Assembly (NCBI GenBank): GCA_001643675.2
Contig: LSRY02000034.1
Span: 1-64,000 of the forward strand
Source: Monocercomonoides exilis PA203
Lineage: Eukaryota; Protista; Preaxostyla
Reading direction: 5' to 3'
DNA length: 64,000 nt
Shown here: positions 14,101-26,421 of the stretch, in pieces
Layout: each line of letters starts with the position of its first letter
Position numbering within the stretch: position 1 is the stretch's first letter
Program-made: the position numbers and the translations under genes
Notes under the pieces: model-generated
Seen by the model: only the letters and a program-made list of their open reading frames with translations
What the model was told of the DNA's origin: nothing
The model's database searches: none

Positions 14101-14598
14101 AAATGAAGTGCAACCCAGAAACAGGCAACTTCCTTCACACGAGCACAGCGATCCCATCTGCCATTGTGCCAAGCCAAATGGCTGCAGCAAGCAGTTCTTC
14201 ATCTCCAGCAGCCCACCCTTCACATCGAACGGAGGAACATCCAAATGCAAAACATCAATCACACAAGCACAAAATGAACACATCGAAAGCTCATCAAGCT
14301 GGGCAATGTGTGTGTTTTCAATCACTGTAACTTGCACATCCCTCAAACAGAGAGTGGAATTGATTGAATCAAAGATGACCTGGTGCATGTCAGGATGGAA
14401 AGTGCAGCTGTTGGATTGGATGCGGGAACGGTTGTCTTCAGACAGCGGGGATTGTCTGTTGCCTTTTTGGGATTGCATCACTCCAATTCCAAATGCCGTA
14501 TCACTTCCATTTTCATTCTGAGAAAGAAACAAGTTGAGGTGTTTTGTTTGTTCTGAAACAACAAAGCCAATTTGGACAACAAGGCAAAATGTGATCAT
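2155..14598 (-). CDS. Giant type-I membrane receptor-like protein (~4,150 aa reconstructed): signal peptide, repeated beta-helix/Pmp-like Cys-rich ectodomain, one TM helix, cytoplasmic TK/TKL-like pseudokinase; frameshifted in this assembly
   Basis: Overlapping minus-strand ORFs (12274-14616, 9984-12215, 8722-10182, 6572-8827, 5928-6974, 5581-6090, 5126-5686, 4968-5630, 4268-4837, 4111-4347, 2547-4157, 2399-2599, 2155-2478) join into one frame. Start MITFCLVVQIGFVVS (ATG at 14598). Eight CGxxxxxC-type modules, GGG and FxxNxAxxGxDV motifs. TM FWPIIVIVMGIVLFVILIIAVISIV-RWR. Kinase-like RWKAPE, KTVVFSVGMMVWE, IPF and CL..DR motifs, with no HRD or DFG. Confidence 0.85.
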
Positions 14599-15076
14599 TG
14601 GCTGTATTGCTGACACTTTTGAAATATGTTTTCTTTGATCTTAACATAAAATTAAAAAAATACCACTTTTCGATGAAAATAGTTGTTGAAAATTTCTCAA
14701 TATTTGTTTTTAAAAATACCTGTTCATCATGGATTAATCAACAATTTTTTTTTTATTTTTTTTTGTTAAAATTAATTCTTCAGGGGCATCAATAATATTT
14801 TTTTAATCAAAAAATGAATATAAAAAAAATGTGATGTTTTGATATTTTTTATGTGTATGGTTAATGGTAACCTTTTGATTAAAATCAAAAATGATTGTGT
14901 GGTTTTTTTATTCAAATTTTAACTACAATGAGACTATTTTCAGACTTCATAAATATGCTTTAATTTCGATATTATCAACTCAAACAATTGCAAACAGCCC
15001 TATTATTTTAAATTAAAATTCCGAAAAATATTTTTTTGTGAATTAAAATTTTTAGATGGGATGAGAAAAATTGGAA

Positions 15077-16938
15077 TATGGGTTAATAAAACTTTTTTTA
15101 TTTTTGTTTTATGAAAAAAGCACAGATAGAAAGGGAGCCTAGATTTGGAGATGCAACTGCTTTTTTTGTTTTTGCAATATGTGCCTTGATAGCATTAATT
15201 TTTGGAGTCATTTTTTGTCATGGAGTCAGCCCACTCTTTTTTGCGAATACTGTTAATGGAATTATAATGACGTTTTGTATGTCATTTTTCCTTTCAATAG
15301 CATGCAAATTCAATATTTTTCTTTAAAAAAATTGAACAAATTATATATGTGATGTTTTATTTACAAAATAAAGTTAGTTTTTCAGTTGGAATTGGGGTAA
15401 ATCTTCTGGGAAAGGTTAAAGAACCAACTTTATCCAGACTTTCTCTTGTGATAGCGTCTATTGGTTGCACTGGCTTTTTTTATGGAGTCGCAGAATTTTT
15501 GCTTTCGACGTATCTGGCATTTCCAATGTCACTATTTTACCATAGGATTTTTGCTTCGGTACACATCATTGTGTTTGCCACAGATTATTTATAAAAATTT
15601 GTTATAATTATTCTTATTGTAGAACTTGTTTTGATACATTTATTTTCGGAGGAAGATGGTTTTCTGGAAACAAAAGCAAAGTGACTATTTACGTTGTGCT
15701 TTTGATAATCTGTATGAAAAGCTTTTAAACTTCGTTTTTCTCTTTGCAATTTCATTTTGTTTTGCATGTGTATAATTTTAGCACTTGTATTATCTGTTGT
15801 CCTTTACGGAATCGCTGGGATGATCTTCATAAATCCAAACGGTCCTTCTGATATAGCTCTCGGAATAATAAGTGGTTACCTTCCTTGGGTAGCTGCATGG
15901 ATGTTTTTTGTATGGAAACCTTTGGCCGATGTGTTTGGAGAAGTTCGAGCTCTTATGAAGATGTCACTTATTACTCGTGGGATTGTTTACTTAATTTTGT
16001 GTTTGCTTTTTGGAGCGTTATGTTGTGGCATAGGAGTTGGCTTGACATTTGTTGAGAATGCAAAGATGGATATGAGCTCTCTTACAGCCATACCCATTGG
16101 ATTGCGAGTGATGTTTGGCGGAGTTACAGCGTGGTATAGTTATACGCCTGCACTTTTAATAACTCATTACACAGACAATCTTCTGAAAGAGCATCCTCTT
16201 GTTCCTGTTGATTTAAGTGAAAAGAGAAGCGGGAGGAAAGGAATGGTTAAAAATCAAAAACAATCGCAGAAAGGGACGCGATGCTTGAAAAGAATGGGAA
16301 TGATTTTTTCGTTCGTCGTTGTTGGATACATCTGCTACCATGGAATTCTCGGTGGGTTGAATATGTGCGGTTACGGAGTTCCGTATTACATTGCAGGGGA
16401 CGAGGCGATGAGCTTAATGATTGCTGTCATCTTGTTCATTCACGCTCACATCACCCAGTGCTATGGACTCAGTGTGATAGTTGATCCTAACGCTCCAGAA
16501 GGCTCAAAGACACCGCAAGAGGACAAAAGCAAAACGAACGGCAACGAAGGGATGACACAAATATCGTCAATTCATTCTCAGCCACCAAAGGAAACAAATG
16601 TTCAGCAAAATAACGCATCCGGGTGGAGTCTGGGCGGTGAAACAGTTATGCGAGGCAACGGAGCAGGGACTACGAGCGAAATATTGCAGCCTAATGATGC
16701 TACGAGCGTTATTACACCTCCTTCTTCTGCAATGACGACTTATTCACAAGGAATGTTGACTCCCAGCCTTGGATATCCCAATCAAAGCGGAACTCAGCTT
16801 ATGGTTGGATCAGCAATGTCTGGCTTCAATTCTCAGTATAGCTCGGATCCTTCAACCATGATGGGGGGAGGCGCTGGGATGTTCTTTCCTTCTATGAACT
16901 ACCAAATTGGTAGTCCTTCACCTCAACCACCTTCATAA
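15077..16938 (+). CDS. Multi-pass membrane protein with a Ser/Gly/Met-rich low-complexity C-terminal tail (multi-exon; boundaries approximate)
   Basis: Hydrophobic ORF segments 15111-15326, 15349-15594 and 15757-16938 are separated by short AT-rich GT-AG introns and contain many TM-like stretches. Start exon inferred (ATGG|gttaat). Confidence 0.65.
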
Positions 16939-17805
16939 TATTCAAAGCTTCTTCTTGTGATTTATAAAAAATATATTTTGTAGTCATTTCAGATTATTTT
17001 TGTTCATTTTATTTCAATTATTTATTTCTAATTTCCATTTTATGATTTTTTTCAAGTTGAATTGATGTTTTATCAAAAAATAAAAGAAAATAAAGAAAAA
17101 TTGGAAAAAAATAATAAACTTATTTATATTTGTTTTTTGAAAAATGCAATTTTTTTCCTCAACATATTTTGAATTTGAAATAAAAAAATTTTTTTTGAAA
17201 TGTTGAATTCAAATTATTTTGTGTTTTCCAAACAGTTTATTCGTTCACAAAGATTTTAATATTTTGTCCCTTGAAATCTCAATTAGGTTTTTTACAAAAT
17301 AATATGTTCCATTTTTTTATCTTGATCATTATACTTTCCTATGACCCAAAAAAGAGATGAGAAAGAAATACAAAATAGTTTTTTATAATCAAAAGAATAC
17401 TTTATGTGATGAAATCTTTTGCTTTATGAATTTTGTTCCAATGAATAATTTCTTTTTAATATCACAATTTCGACACTTATCTGTAATTTTTGCATGAAAT
17501 TACAAGACTTATTATGATATAATTTCAGAAAAAGTTTGGAACAAATCTTTGTTTTTTTCACAAAACCTGAAATTTCATCCCAAATCAGAAAAAGTTACTA
17601 CTGTATTTTTTTTTTTTCATATCGTTTGAAAAAATGAATTATTTTTCATCACATCATCTGAATCATCGTTTTTTACATGAAGAAATTTTCTTTTTGTTTT
17701 TTTCATTTCATCAACAGTTTTCACTTCATTTTTATCTTTTTTTTCCGTTTCATTTTTCCTTTCAATATTCATTTTCAGATAATTTTCCCATTTCTCGAAA
17801 AGATT

Positions 17806-18828
17806 TTAGTTGGTTATCACTTTTCCATAAAAGGATAATCTATTTCTGCGAGATGGAAGAGGAGAAATAGAAGATTCCAGCAGTTTCAAAAGATCTGACC
17901 CAAAAGAATTGTGAAGAACACCACTGCAGACAAAAGCTTTCTGAATTACAGAAGGAGATAATGCAGTGTGGATGGCTTGAGGCAGAACGTCGGAAATTGC
18001 TGCTAGTTTGGAGGAAGATGAAGAAGAAGATGGAGTCTCAAATCTGTTTGTCAGTTCAGATATGAACACAGCAAACACTCCTCTGTCCAGCGGTTGACGG
18101 AGGTGTGTGCTGTGTGGCACGAATGTTAAAATGTCGATTTGTTGTTTTTGGAATTCTCGCCAGATCGATGGATATGCGCGAGAAGCATGCGAATCAAGGA
18201 GAAGAAGAATGTGTTCGTTTTCAAGTGACATGCGCCTTCTTCTTTCGATGATAGAAGGAAGAAGAACGGTGAGAGCATACCTTTTGAAGCATTCGTTGTC
18301 CATCCAGCCGCTTCCATTTGCCCATATTGCCAGCGTTGGAGATTAAAGACTTTTCTGTTCCTCTGGTTAATTAATGCTTGACCATCGAACAACAGAAAGA
18401 AAGGAAAATTCTTCAGCAGAAACAGATACAAAGAATGTTGAATTTATCATCCTTGGTGGTTCTTTCGTAAAACCTGCTTTTGTGTCTGCTGTATGCACAA
18501 CAAGCTGTTTTGAATCTGTAGGAACGCGCGTTGAAGATTCATCGACATTCGCAATCCAAGCTTGATAGATATGATATGTGTCATAAAAGGCGTTGAGTAT
18601 TTTGTTCCATGGTTTAAAAGACTTCAACATGAAACTGCCATGCGGTGAACGAACATATTTTTCAGTGTTCGCATCCTCAGCTTTGTGTGATGCTTCACAA
18701 GGTTATGTGCTGCAAACGGCGAAACTTCATGAAATGGAATATATTCTTCATCATTGTAATCAAAAAAAGTTTTTAACTTGAAAACCATATAAATAAAACA
18801 TCAATAATTGAAAAGTTAAATAAGCAAT

Positions 18829-18908
<80 letters not shown>

Positions 18909-19317
18909 TTTATTAAATTTTATTTTATTTTATTTTATTTTATTTTATTTTATTTTATTTTGTTTTGTTTTCTTTTCTTTTCTTTTCTTTTCTTTTCTTT
19001 TATTAAATTTTATTATATTTTATTTATTTAATTATATTTTATTTTATTTTTTTTATCCAAGTTTTACTTGTGTCGGATTTTGCTTCAATTTGAATAATAA
19101 CAAAATCTCATTGTTCCAATTCTCCGATAACTACAGCAGGTCTTCCTCCTTCTTCAACCAATCTTCCTTTTCTGAGTACTGCAACTGCATTCTTAATCCC
19201 TATGTGTATGTATTCTTTGGAATAAAAAGCATCAGTAATACGAACAATTTCTTCTTCAACGATGTGGGTTATTCGCTCCGGCCGACAGTGAAATCTTCCA
19301 TCATTTTTAGAAGACAT
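17806..19317 (-). mobile_element. Decayed pogo/Tigger-type (DDE_1, CENP-B-like) transposase pseudogene
   Basis: Ordered motifs GRPAVV..E.E, WIANVDESS, GWMDNECF, LLLLDSHASR and PHSTHLRQPLDRGVF lie across frameshifted ORFs 19108-19317, 18367-18630 and 17806-18303. The D/D/D residues are retained, but stops and frameshifts are present. Confidence 0.85.
18830..19055. repeat. Compound microsatellite: (TC)n, a long poly-T run, (TTTTA)n and (TTTTC)n, inside the putative transposase intron
   Basis: Directly visible in the sequence. Confidence 0.95.
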
Positions 19318-20616
19318 TGCACTCTGAAATATTTTCTACACTTCTTTGAAATTTTATTCAAAAGGAAAAAAATATTTTTAATTTATTGTGATATTCTATA
19401 TGTAATGGAGCAAAAGAAAAATAATTGGACAAAACAAAAATATTCATATTTCAATCAAGTTTATGTTCATACTCACGAAACTTTGCTAAAATAAAAGTTT
19501 CATCATGTTAATTGTATTATAGCCATCCCAGGAAAGCTTTATAAGCGGAAACAGAAAATTGATCAAAATATGAAATTGTGATTAAAAAAGAAAATTGAAC
19601 ACTTGCGAATTTTGAAAAAGAATAATACATTTTTGTTTTTCTTTTTGTGAAAAAGAATTAAAAACTTACCTTTTTTGTTCGATTCTTGTTTCAAACAGAA
19701 AGAAAAAAAGGATCAATATTTGCATGTGAGTGATTATTACAGAAAACGTAACAATAAACAGAGTGTCTTCAAGAACTCTGTTTTTTTTAACAAAATGTTG
19801 TTTGCGAGTGTTTACACATAATCTTCTTTCCAATTTTTCCTAATTCAAATATTACAGAAAAATCAAATTTAACAAATTTCTTTCAAATATTTAAATTTAT
19901 TTATTTATTATTTCATATTCAAATTTGCATTGTTTTGAATTTTTCAGCAAATAACTTTTTAATTTTTTAACATTTTCAAAAAACCGAGATAAAAAAAATT
20001 TTTTTTATGGGTGATTATTTATGAAACCCGATATTTTCTATCAAAAATTTCGGTTTGAGTTTTTGTTATGATAATTCATAAATGAACCCTGAAAAGTGAC
20101 AGAGCTGTGATGTGATGCCTCTTCTATTTTTTTCAAATCATATTTTGGCTTTTGAAACGATATGAAAACATTCAAAATTTGTTTGAAATTATTAAGCAAA
20201 TAACAATGAAATTTCTATAAAATCAACACCCCGAAAAAAGTTATGATTTCAAAAAAAAATCACCCATATCAAAAAAATACCTTATTTATATTTTTTCATT
20301 TAAAAACAATCGAATATATAATTTTTGTGATCTCCTCCTTTAATGAATTTTAAATTGAACCTTTTTCTTAAAAAAAGAACATTCTTCAAATATTTAAAAA
20401 ATGTTTTTTCATCACAAAAATATCCATAAATTTGTAATCACAATTTTCTTTTTCTTTTCTGTTATAATATATATAATAAAAAATACATAAACTGCATTAT
20501 TATCAAATTCGAACTTTTTCTCAACTGATCAATCTACCCAGTATCAGTATTTCGTTGTGTACGATCAGTCCCATTTTGTCTCCTTGTATTTATTGTAGAC
20601 TAAAAACATCTATCAA

Positions 20617-20950
20617 ATGTGTATGATCGATCAAGTTGTTTCAACATTCATTTGTTCCTTTTGCTTTATATAGCTGAATTTCCATCAGTTGATCATGATA
20701 CTTGCGTCGGTTGCCAAACCTGCATGAACACTTGCCCAAAGGGTGATGCTCTCTGGGAATTCAATGATGAGGGAAAAGCCGTCTTCAAGATCGACAACAA
20801 AGATGAATGCGTTCATTGCCACGCTTGCGGAGATTCATGCCCAGGTTTGTTTTGATTTGTATTTTCCCGTCGATTTTGAATTTTTATTTTTCATTAATTT
20901 TTTCGTTTGAATTATACACAGCATCTGCAATTTCCTTCAAAGAACAATAA
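20617..20950 (+). CDS. 2[4Fe-4S] bacterial-type ferredoxin (3 coding exons, ~67 aa)
   Basis: Exons 20617-20620, 20674-20844 and 20922-20950 splice to MSEFPSVDHDTCVGCQTCMNTCPKG...DECVHCHACGDSCPASAISFKEQ*, with two CxxCxxCxxxCP motifs. Confidence 0.93.
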
Positions 20951-21214
20951 GCGATGTATATATTATAATTTCCTTGATGCCATTGAAAAATTATCCATAT
21001 TTTAAATCAGATCATAGCGTTTTCATTTTTAAAAGTATTTATTGAAACAAAAGAATCCAATCAATGAACAATTTCTCTTATTTGAAACAAATATGTATTT
21101 ATAATTGAAAAATATAAATGATCATCATCAAAATTGAAGTAATAATTTAATTGTTTCTGTTTATCACTTTTTTGAAGTGAAAATCAAGATAATCCATGTT
21201 TTTGTTTTTCTTAG

Positions 21215-22860
21215 ACGAATTTATGAATACATATTTGCGAAATTAAAAGGTCAAAGCATAACGTCTATTGAAGCTATAGCATTCTTTTTCAATATGAAAC
21301 GTATTATTTAATTTGTTCAGTTATTTAATTATTTGCTTTTAGATTTGACTTCTTGGAGTCCAGATGCAACAAAAATTTTTGAGTTTGTGATTTTATCTTT
21401 ATTAATTTATAAGCTAATCTCTTATTTAAGTTAATCTATTTCTTAAGCCTTATCAGCACGATCTATCCATTCAAGAACAAGTTGAATTCAAGCGTCAGTT
21501 GTTCATAATTCCTCAAAATGAAATGCAAAATATATTCTCCAGCGAATTTTTTTTGGAGCTGAATAAGAATATTTATGATAATACTCGTCCGAAGCTTTGT
21601 TATAAAATGATATTTTATTTTCTTCGTGAAATCGGAATAATCCTCTCGTTACGCGATATAACACTAACATGTAATGAATTTCAACAAGAGTTTTCTTCAT
21701 TTTTATTGGCAATGGTTTTATCAAATGAAAAACTTAAACATTTCCTGCATAGTCCTGTTGACCGATATGATAAGGTTTTTTACAATGATGACGGAGACAT
21801 TGACACAAATCTTATCCTTTCAATCAGCGGAGTGTTTGCTTTTTGCTCAATTTTTGAAAACCGTAGATTTTCTATTCTCGTGCAGCTCGAGAATGAATTC
21901 ACCAATATTTTTTTCAGTCTTTTCGAAATAAGCAGTTCCGCTGAACAACTCAATTTCACTCATTCAATTTTTTTTGCATATGATTATTTGCAAAAATCTC
22001 AACAAAGAAACACATCTTTTGCTGCTGTGTGCCTTTTGAATGACGAGCAGCATTGCAAAATTTGCAATCCATTAATTTTGGGATTAGTGCTGGAGTTAGC
22101 TTTAAAGGGAATCGATACATCAGTTAATAATTCAAAGTTATGGAATTGTGATTTCGGAATGCAGCATCTTCTTACAAGACTTTTTCGTTTTTCTGCCACA
22201 CCTGACAATTGCGATAATTTGTTTTATGATCTTGCATCGTCAAATGAAATAAAAGAATGGAATCAAGCAAATAAAACGTTATTTGAAGACTGTTTGGATG
22301 ATGCGTTTTTTAATTCGGGTAAACTTCTTTTGTCCTGTTGCAGCGCGCGGCATGATTCTGTTTCGAGGGTTTCTGGGCTTTGCGAACTTATTTCTTCATC
22401 AACGATGGTTGGTGCTGATATTCGTTCCCGCCTGAAATTTATGGACGCTCTTGCTCTTAAAGGCACCACAAAAGAATTTCTGCAATTTCTCCAGTCCAGA
22501 GAAGCGGTGGAGCCCTTAAAACTTGCATGCGATTTGTCAAACATTTGGATTGAAGCAAAAATGGATTCATTGAATTTTTTACTCCTTTGCGAAGAAAGAT
22601 TGAACAAGATTTTTGAAAAAGTGAACGAAGATAATATGGAGTATGTGCTTTCCATTTCAAATAATTGGAGTTGTCAATTAGAAGAAGAAGGCTTTTATGA
22701 CATATTGAATACTGCTTTTTATATGAAATTTCAGGAAATACAAGTTTTGGCTGAAGATCTGTTTATTGAAAAGAACTACGTTGAATTCAAATCATTACAA
22801 ATGATTAAAGTATTTGGTATGCTTCTTCTTTTGAAATATTATTTTATCGAATACTTCTGA
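21215..22860 (+). CDS. Hypothetical alpha-helical protein (5' exons partly resolved; may continue into 23106-24835 as one gene)
   Basis: The 453-aa ORF 21499-22860 has spliceable upstream exons at ~21215-21300 and ~21343-21387, and a C-terminal QLEEEGFYD motif. Confidence 0.65.
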
Positions 22861-23105
22861 TTTGTGGGGGGAAAAATGAAGTATACATTAAAATTGAATC
22901 GGATTTGTAATTTATTTAACTGCATTATTCATTGTTCAATTTTCAGATTTTTTTTATCTTTTTCTATTTTATCTTGTTTTCAATTAAATAATATGCGAAT
23001 GACTGTTTATTTTATATTTATTTTTATTTTTATTTTTCATTCTTTATTCCTTTTTTCTTATTCGATTTCAAACATGTTATCACAATTTTCATGACAACAT
23101 TAAAG

Positions 23106-24835
23106 CTTCTATTAATTCGTGCAAACGATGTGATTCGGCTACTGCATTGAGAAAACTGGTGAAGATAAAGGGGATTGTGTCAAAGTTCACTTTCAAGTCT
23201 TTTTATGAATCTCGTTCAAATGCGCTTGCTTTGCGTATTATTCGTATCGCCTCCAAAGTGGAAGTTGATTTTGAGGTTAAAGTGGAGCTTTTCCGATTGT
23301 TAGAACGTTTATATCGCTTTTGGGCAGTTACAGAATCAGAAATGCCTTCATACCATTCTTGCGATCAGCAGTTACGTTCGGTGCTTAGAAAATTGGACAT
23401 TGAAAAATTTCAACAACAAACAACTTGTCAACCTGAAGTGAACGAGTTTTCTGCTTGCTTGATGAAAAGTTCTGAGGAATTGCATTCTTTGGTGTTACCA
23501 TTAGCTCTTTCGTATTGCTGGAGCATGTGTTTACAACATGGGAGCCTCTTAAGATCGAGTGAAATTATTACTCAGCCAATTGTGTCCTCAGTTTGTGAGT
23601 TGGCAGTGACTTGTGAAAGAGAAAAGGAGATAAATGAAGAATTAGAAGCGTTGGCAATCATGTTGAATTTAAGTATGTATTGTTTATTGAAATGGTTTGA
23701 TTTTTGTGAATTTGAATTATTGTGCTTCTTCTTCTTCTTCTTCTTCTTCTTCTCTTTCTTCAAAATCTTCTTCTTCTTCTTCTTCTTCTTCTTCTTCTTC
23801 TTCTTCTTCTTCTTCTTCTTCTTCTTCTTTCTCTTCTTCCTCCTCTTCTTCTTTCTTGCATTTCCTTTAATCTCTTTTATCAAAGGAAGCGGAATTTCAT
23901 TTGGCGACAGCAAAGATAATGAAAACAGATCAAAAGACTGCTTCGAGAACATGGTGATTTCTCTGCTAAATTGTGATGTCATTCAACCATTTCTGAGCAC
24001 AAATTCAAAGCTGGTGCTCCTAAAACTTGTGAAACAGATTGACAGTTGGAGTGAAATTAATAGAAAGAAGCTTTTTGAAAGTGTTGACGTTGTAACAATT
24101 TCCATTCAAGAATGGTTTCATTGCATTTTTCAAGGAAAAGATGTTTGCTCAAATCACATGTTGATATTGGAACAATTAACAGAAGTGCCAATGATGCTTC
24201 TTAATGAGCACAACCCAGCTGTTATTTCTCCGAATCAACTTCTGGAAAAATTGACCATTCCAACCGAAGCTGCATCTTTTATTGAAAATGATATTTTTAG
24301 TATTTTGTCTAAATGCATTCACTATAATCGTCAGTCAATAAAGACGCTTCTTGCTTCTTCAAGGTTCATGCGGGTTCAATTTACACTTCTTCGCAAAGGC
24401 TGCTCGACCGATGATTGTGGGCTGTTGTGGCTTATGAGGCAGTTATTTGAAGATCCAAGCTGTTATGGATTGAATGTGTTTCTCAAAACTTGGTGGGGAA
24501 AGGAAATGGTTGAAATTCTTGTTAATCCGCAAATATATTTTCATCAAACAACACAAAGTGTAATCTCCTTTTTTGTTAAATGCTTCGGGATTAACACCGA
24601 TCATTTTTCAATTAATTATGACAATGAAAATGATATGTTTTTGCCCTTTAAATCAAAATTTCAATTTCAACGTTTCGCTGATTTTTTTGAGGAGCATGGC
24701 GTTGGAGATGCACTTTATATGCTTTTGGGCACAAAATGGAGTAATGGAACAAGTTTTCAGTACGATGTGCTTCTTTTCTTAAATTGCATTTGCTACTCAA
24801 GTTTAGGTGATAATGTTGATTTGTTCGATTTTTGA
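23106..24835 (+). CDS. Hypothetical alpha-helical protein, or the downstream exons of the previous gene; intron 23673-23885
   Basis: The long ORF has no in-frame ATG at its 5' end. The poly-Phe stretch is a (CTT)n-containing GT-AG intron (gtatgt...caaag). C-terminal FEEHGVGD motif. Confidence 0.65.
23725..23850. repeat. (CTT)n trinucleotide microsatellite (intronic)
   Basis: Directly visible. Confidence 0.95.
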
Positions 24836-25677
24836 TGTGATATGATGTTATTTGATGTATTTTTAGATGATGTTATAAAATTTTTATTATGCAGAGCAAA
24901 ACTGTTTTTGCTTATAATACATTGATTACAATTGATATTCTTTATTTTCTTTAACTATTTTTACAATATGGACTTTTTATGTATTGCTTATTTTTATTTT
25001 ATTTTATTTTTGCTTTGTTTTGTTTTGTTTTGTTTTGGTTGTTTGTTTATTTATTATTTCAAATGTCTATTACAAAGTTGAAAAGTTTGAAAATAAAAAT
25101 ATTCGAATCAAAAATAACTATTTTATAATTATGCCCGCTTGTCGGGTTTGTATCGAAACTCAAAGAAAAAGTTCGAAATATTAAAAAAACATAGAATTTT
25201 GAGAGGAGGAACACCAATAAGTCAGACTAACAAAAACAATAAAAATAAGGCTCACATACAAAATTTGTAAAAATTTGCACAAAAAGGAAAGCAATTGCTT
25301 TAAAAAAGCTAAAAGTGAAACACACAAAACATATAAAGAAAATAATAATTCAATAACCAGAAAAATAAGTATGATTCAAAAGAAAAATAAAAAAAAAAAA
25401 AGATGAAGAAGAAAAAGAAACGCGAAAATTAAACGGTAAAATGAATAATTGAAGATGAAGCTTAAATGTTTATATGATTAATGCAACAATCAAAATTCTT
25501 ATCAACAAAACTCTTAAACATGAAATAAAGAGAAAATAAAAATGAAAATGAAAATTAAAATATTAACAAAAATTATAATTAAACAAGGAAAAGGAAAAAG
25601 AAAACAAAAGAAAACAAAAGAAAACAAAGCAAAACAAAGCAAAGCAAAGCAAAAATATCTAAACATTTAAAAAAAAT

Positions 25678-26389
25678 CTAATTTCCGAGTATTGAAGGAA
25701 GAGTTTTCTGAGATTTTTCTGCTTTCGACAAGCGCAACACCAGAAGCGGAGGTGACTGCAGATCTTCTTCTGATGCTTCTCCATTTTTTGACTGATCTGC
25801 ATTATTCTGAGTCAGATGGCATATTTGTGATGTTTCTGGAATGAGCATATGAGAAACTGATTCAATGGTGTTAGAATGAGAGTGTGCTGATGCTAAAGAT
25901 GATGATGACTGGGAATTTGAAGAGAATGAAGATAGAGTAGAAGATTGTATTTGTCCAGTTATTGTGGAAGAAGAAGAAGAAGATGATGATGATGATGATG
26001 ATTCAAATGAAGATGCAGCCTCCGCTAAATCCTCAGAAACAAGTGATGATTTCTTTGCTTCAGCAGGCAACGCCTCAGTTACTGTTAAGGCAGAACCACC
26101 ACGATCATCAAGACCATTATCATCATCATCAAATTCTCTTTCTTCTGAATCGTTCAAATTCTGCAACTTATTCGAAGAATGCATTCTTCTTCCATTTTCT
26201 GGTGAAAAATTAGTTTGATCCTGATGTGAAGAAGAAGAAGAAGAAGAAGAAGAAAATCCATTGATCCATTCGTCAGATGTCATCAGATGTGACACAAGAT
26301 GGAAAGCAGACGATTCGGTGCGGCGATGACGGCTGATGAAAGGAGATAGAGAGAAGCGAGTGTATGCAGAGGAAGATAAGGGAGAAGAG

Positions 26390-26421
<32 letters not shown>

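Noticed and set aside
590-14790. Possible inverted repeats flanking the giant receptor (agggcccc at ~601 and caggggcatc at ~14781)
   Set aside because: The match is too short and cannot be extended.
17200-20120. TIRs for the pogo-type element
   Set aside because: No convincing inverted pair could be found by eye.
23572-23982. Poly-Lys, poly-Leu and poly-Phe ORFs
   Set aside because: They are translations of an intronic (CTT)n microsatellite.
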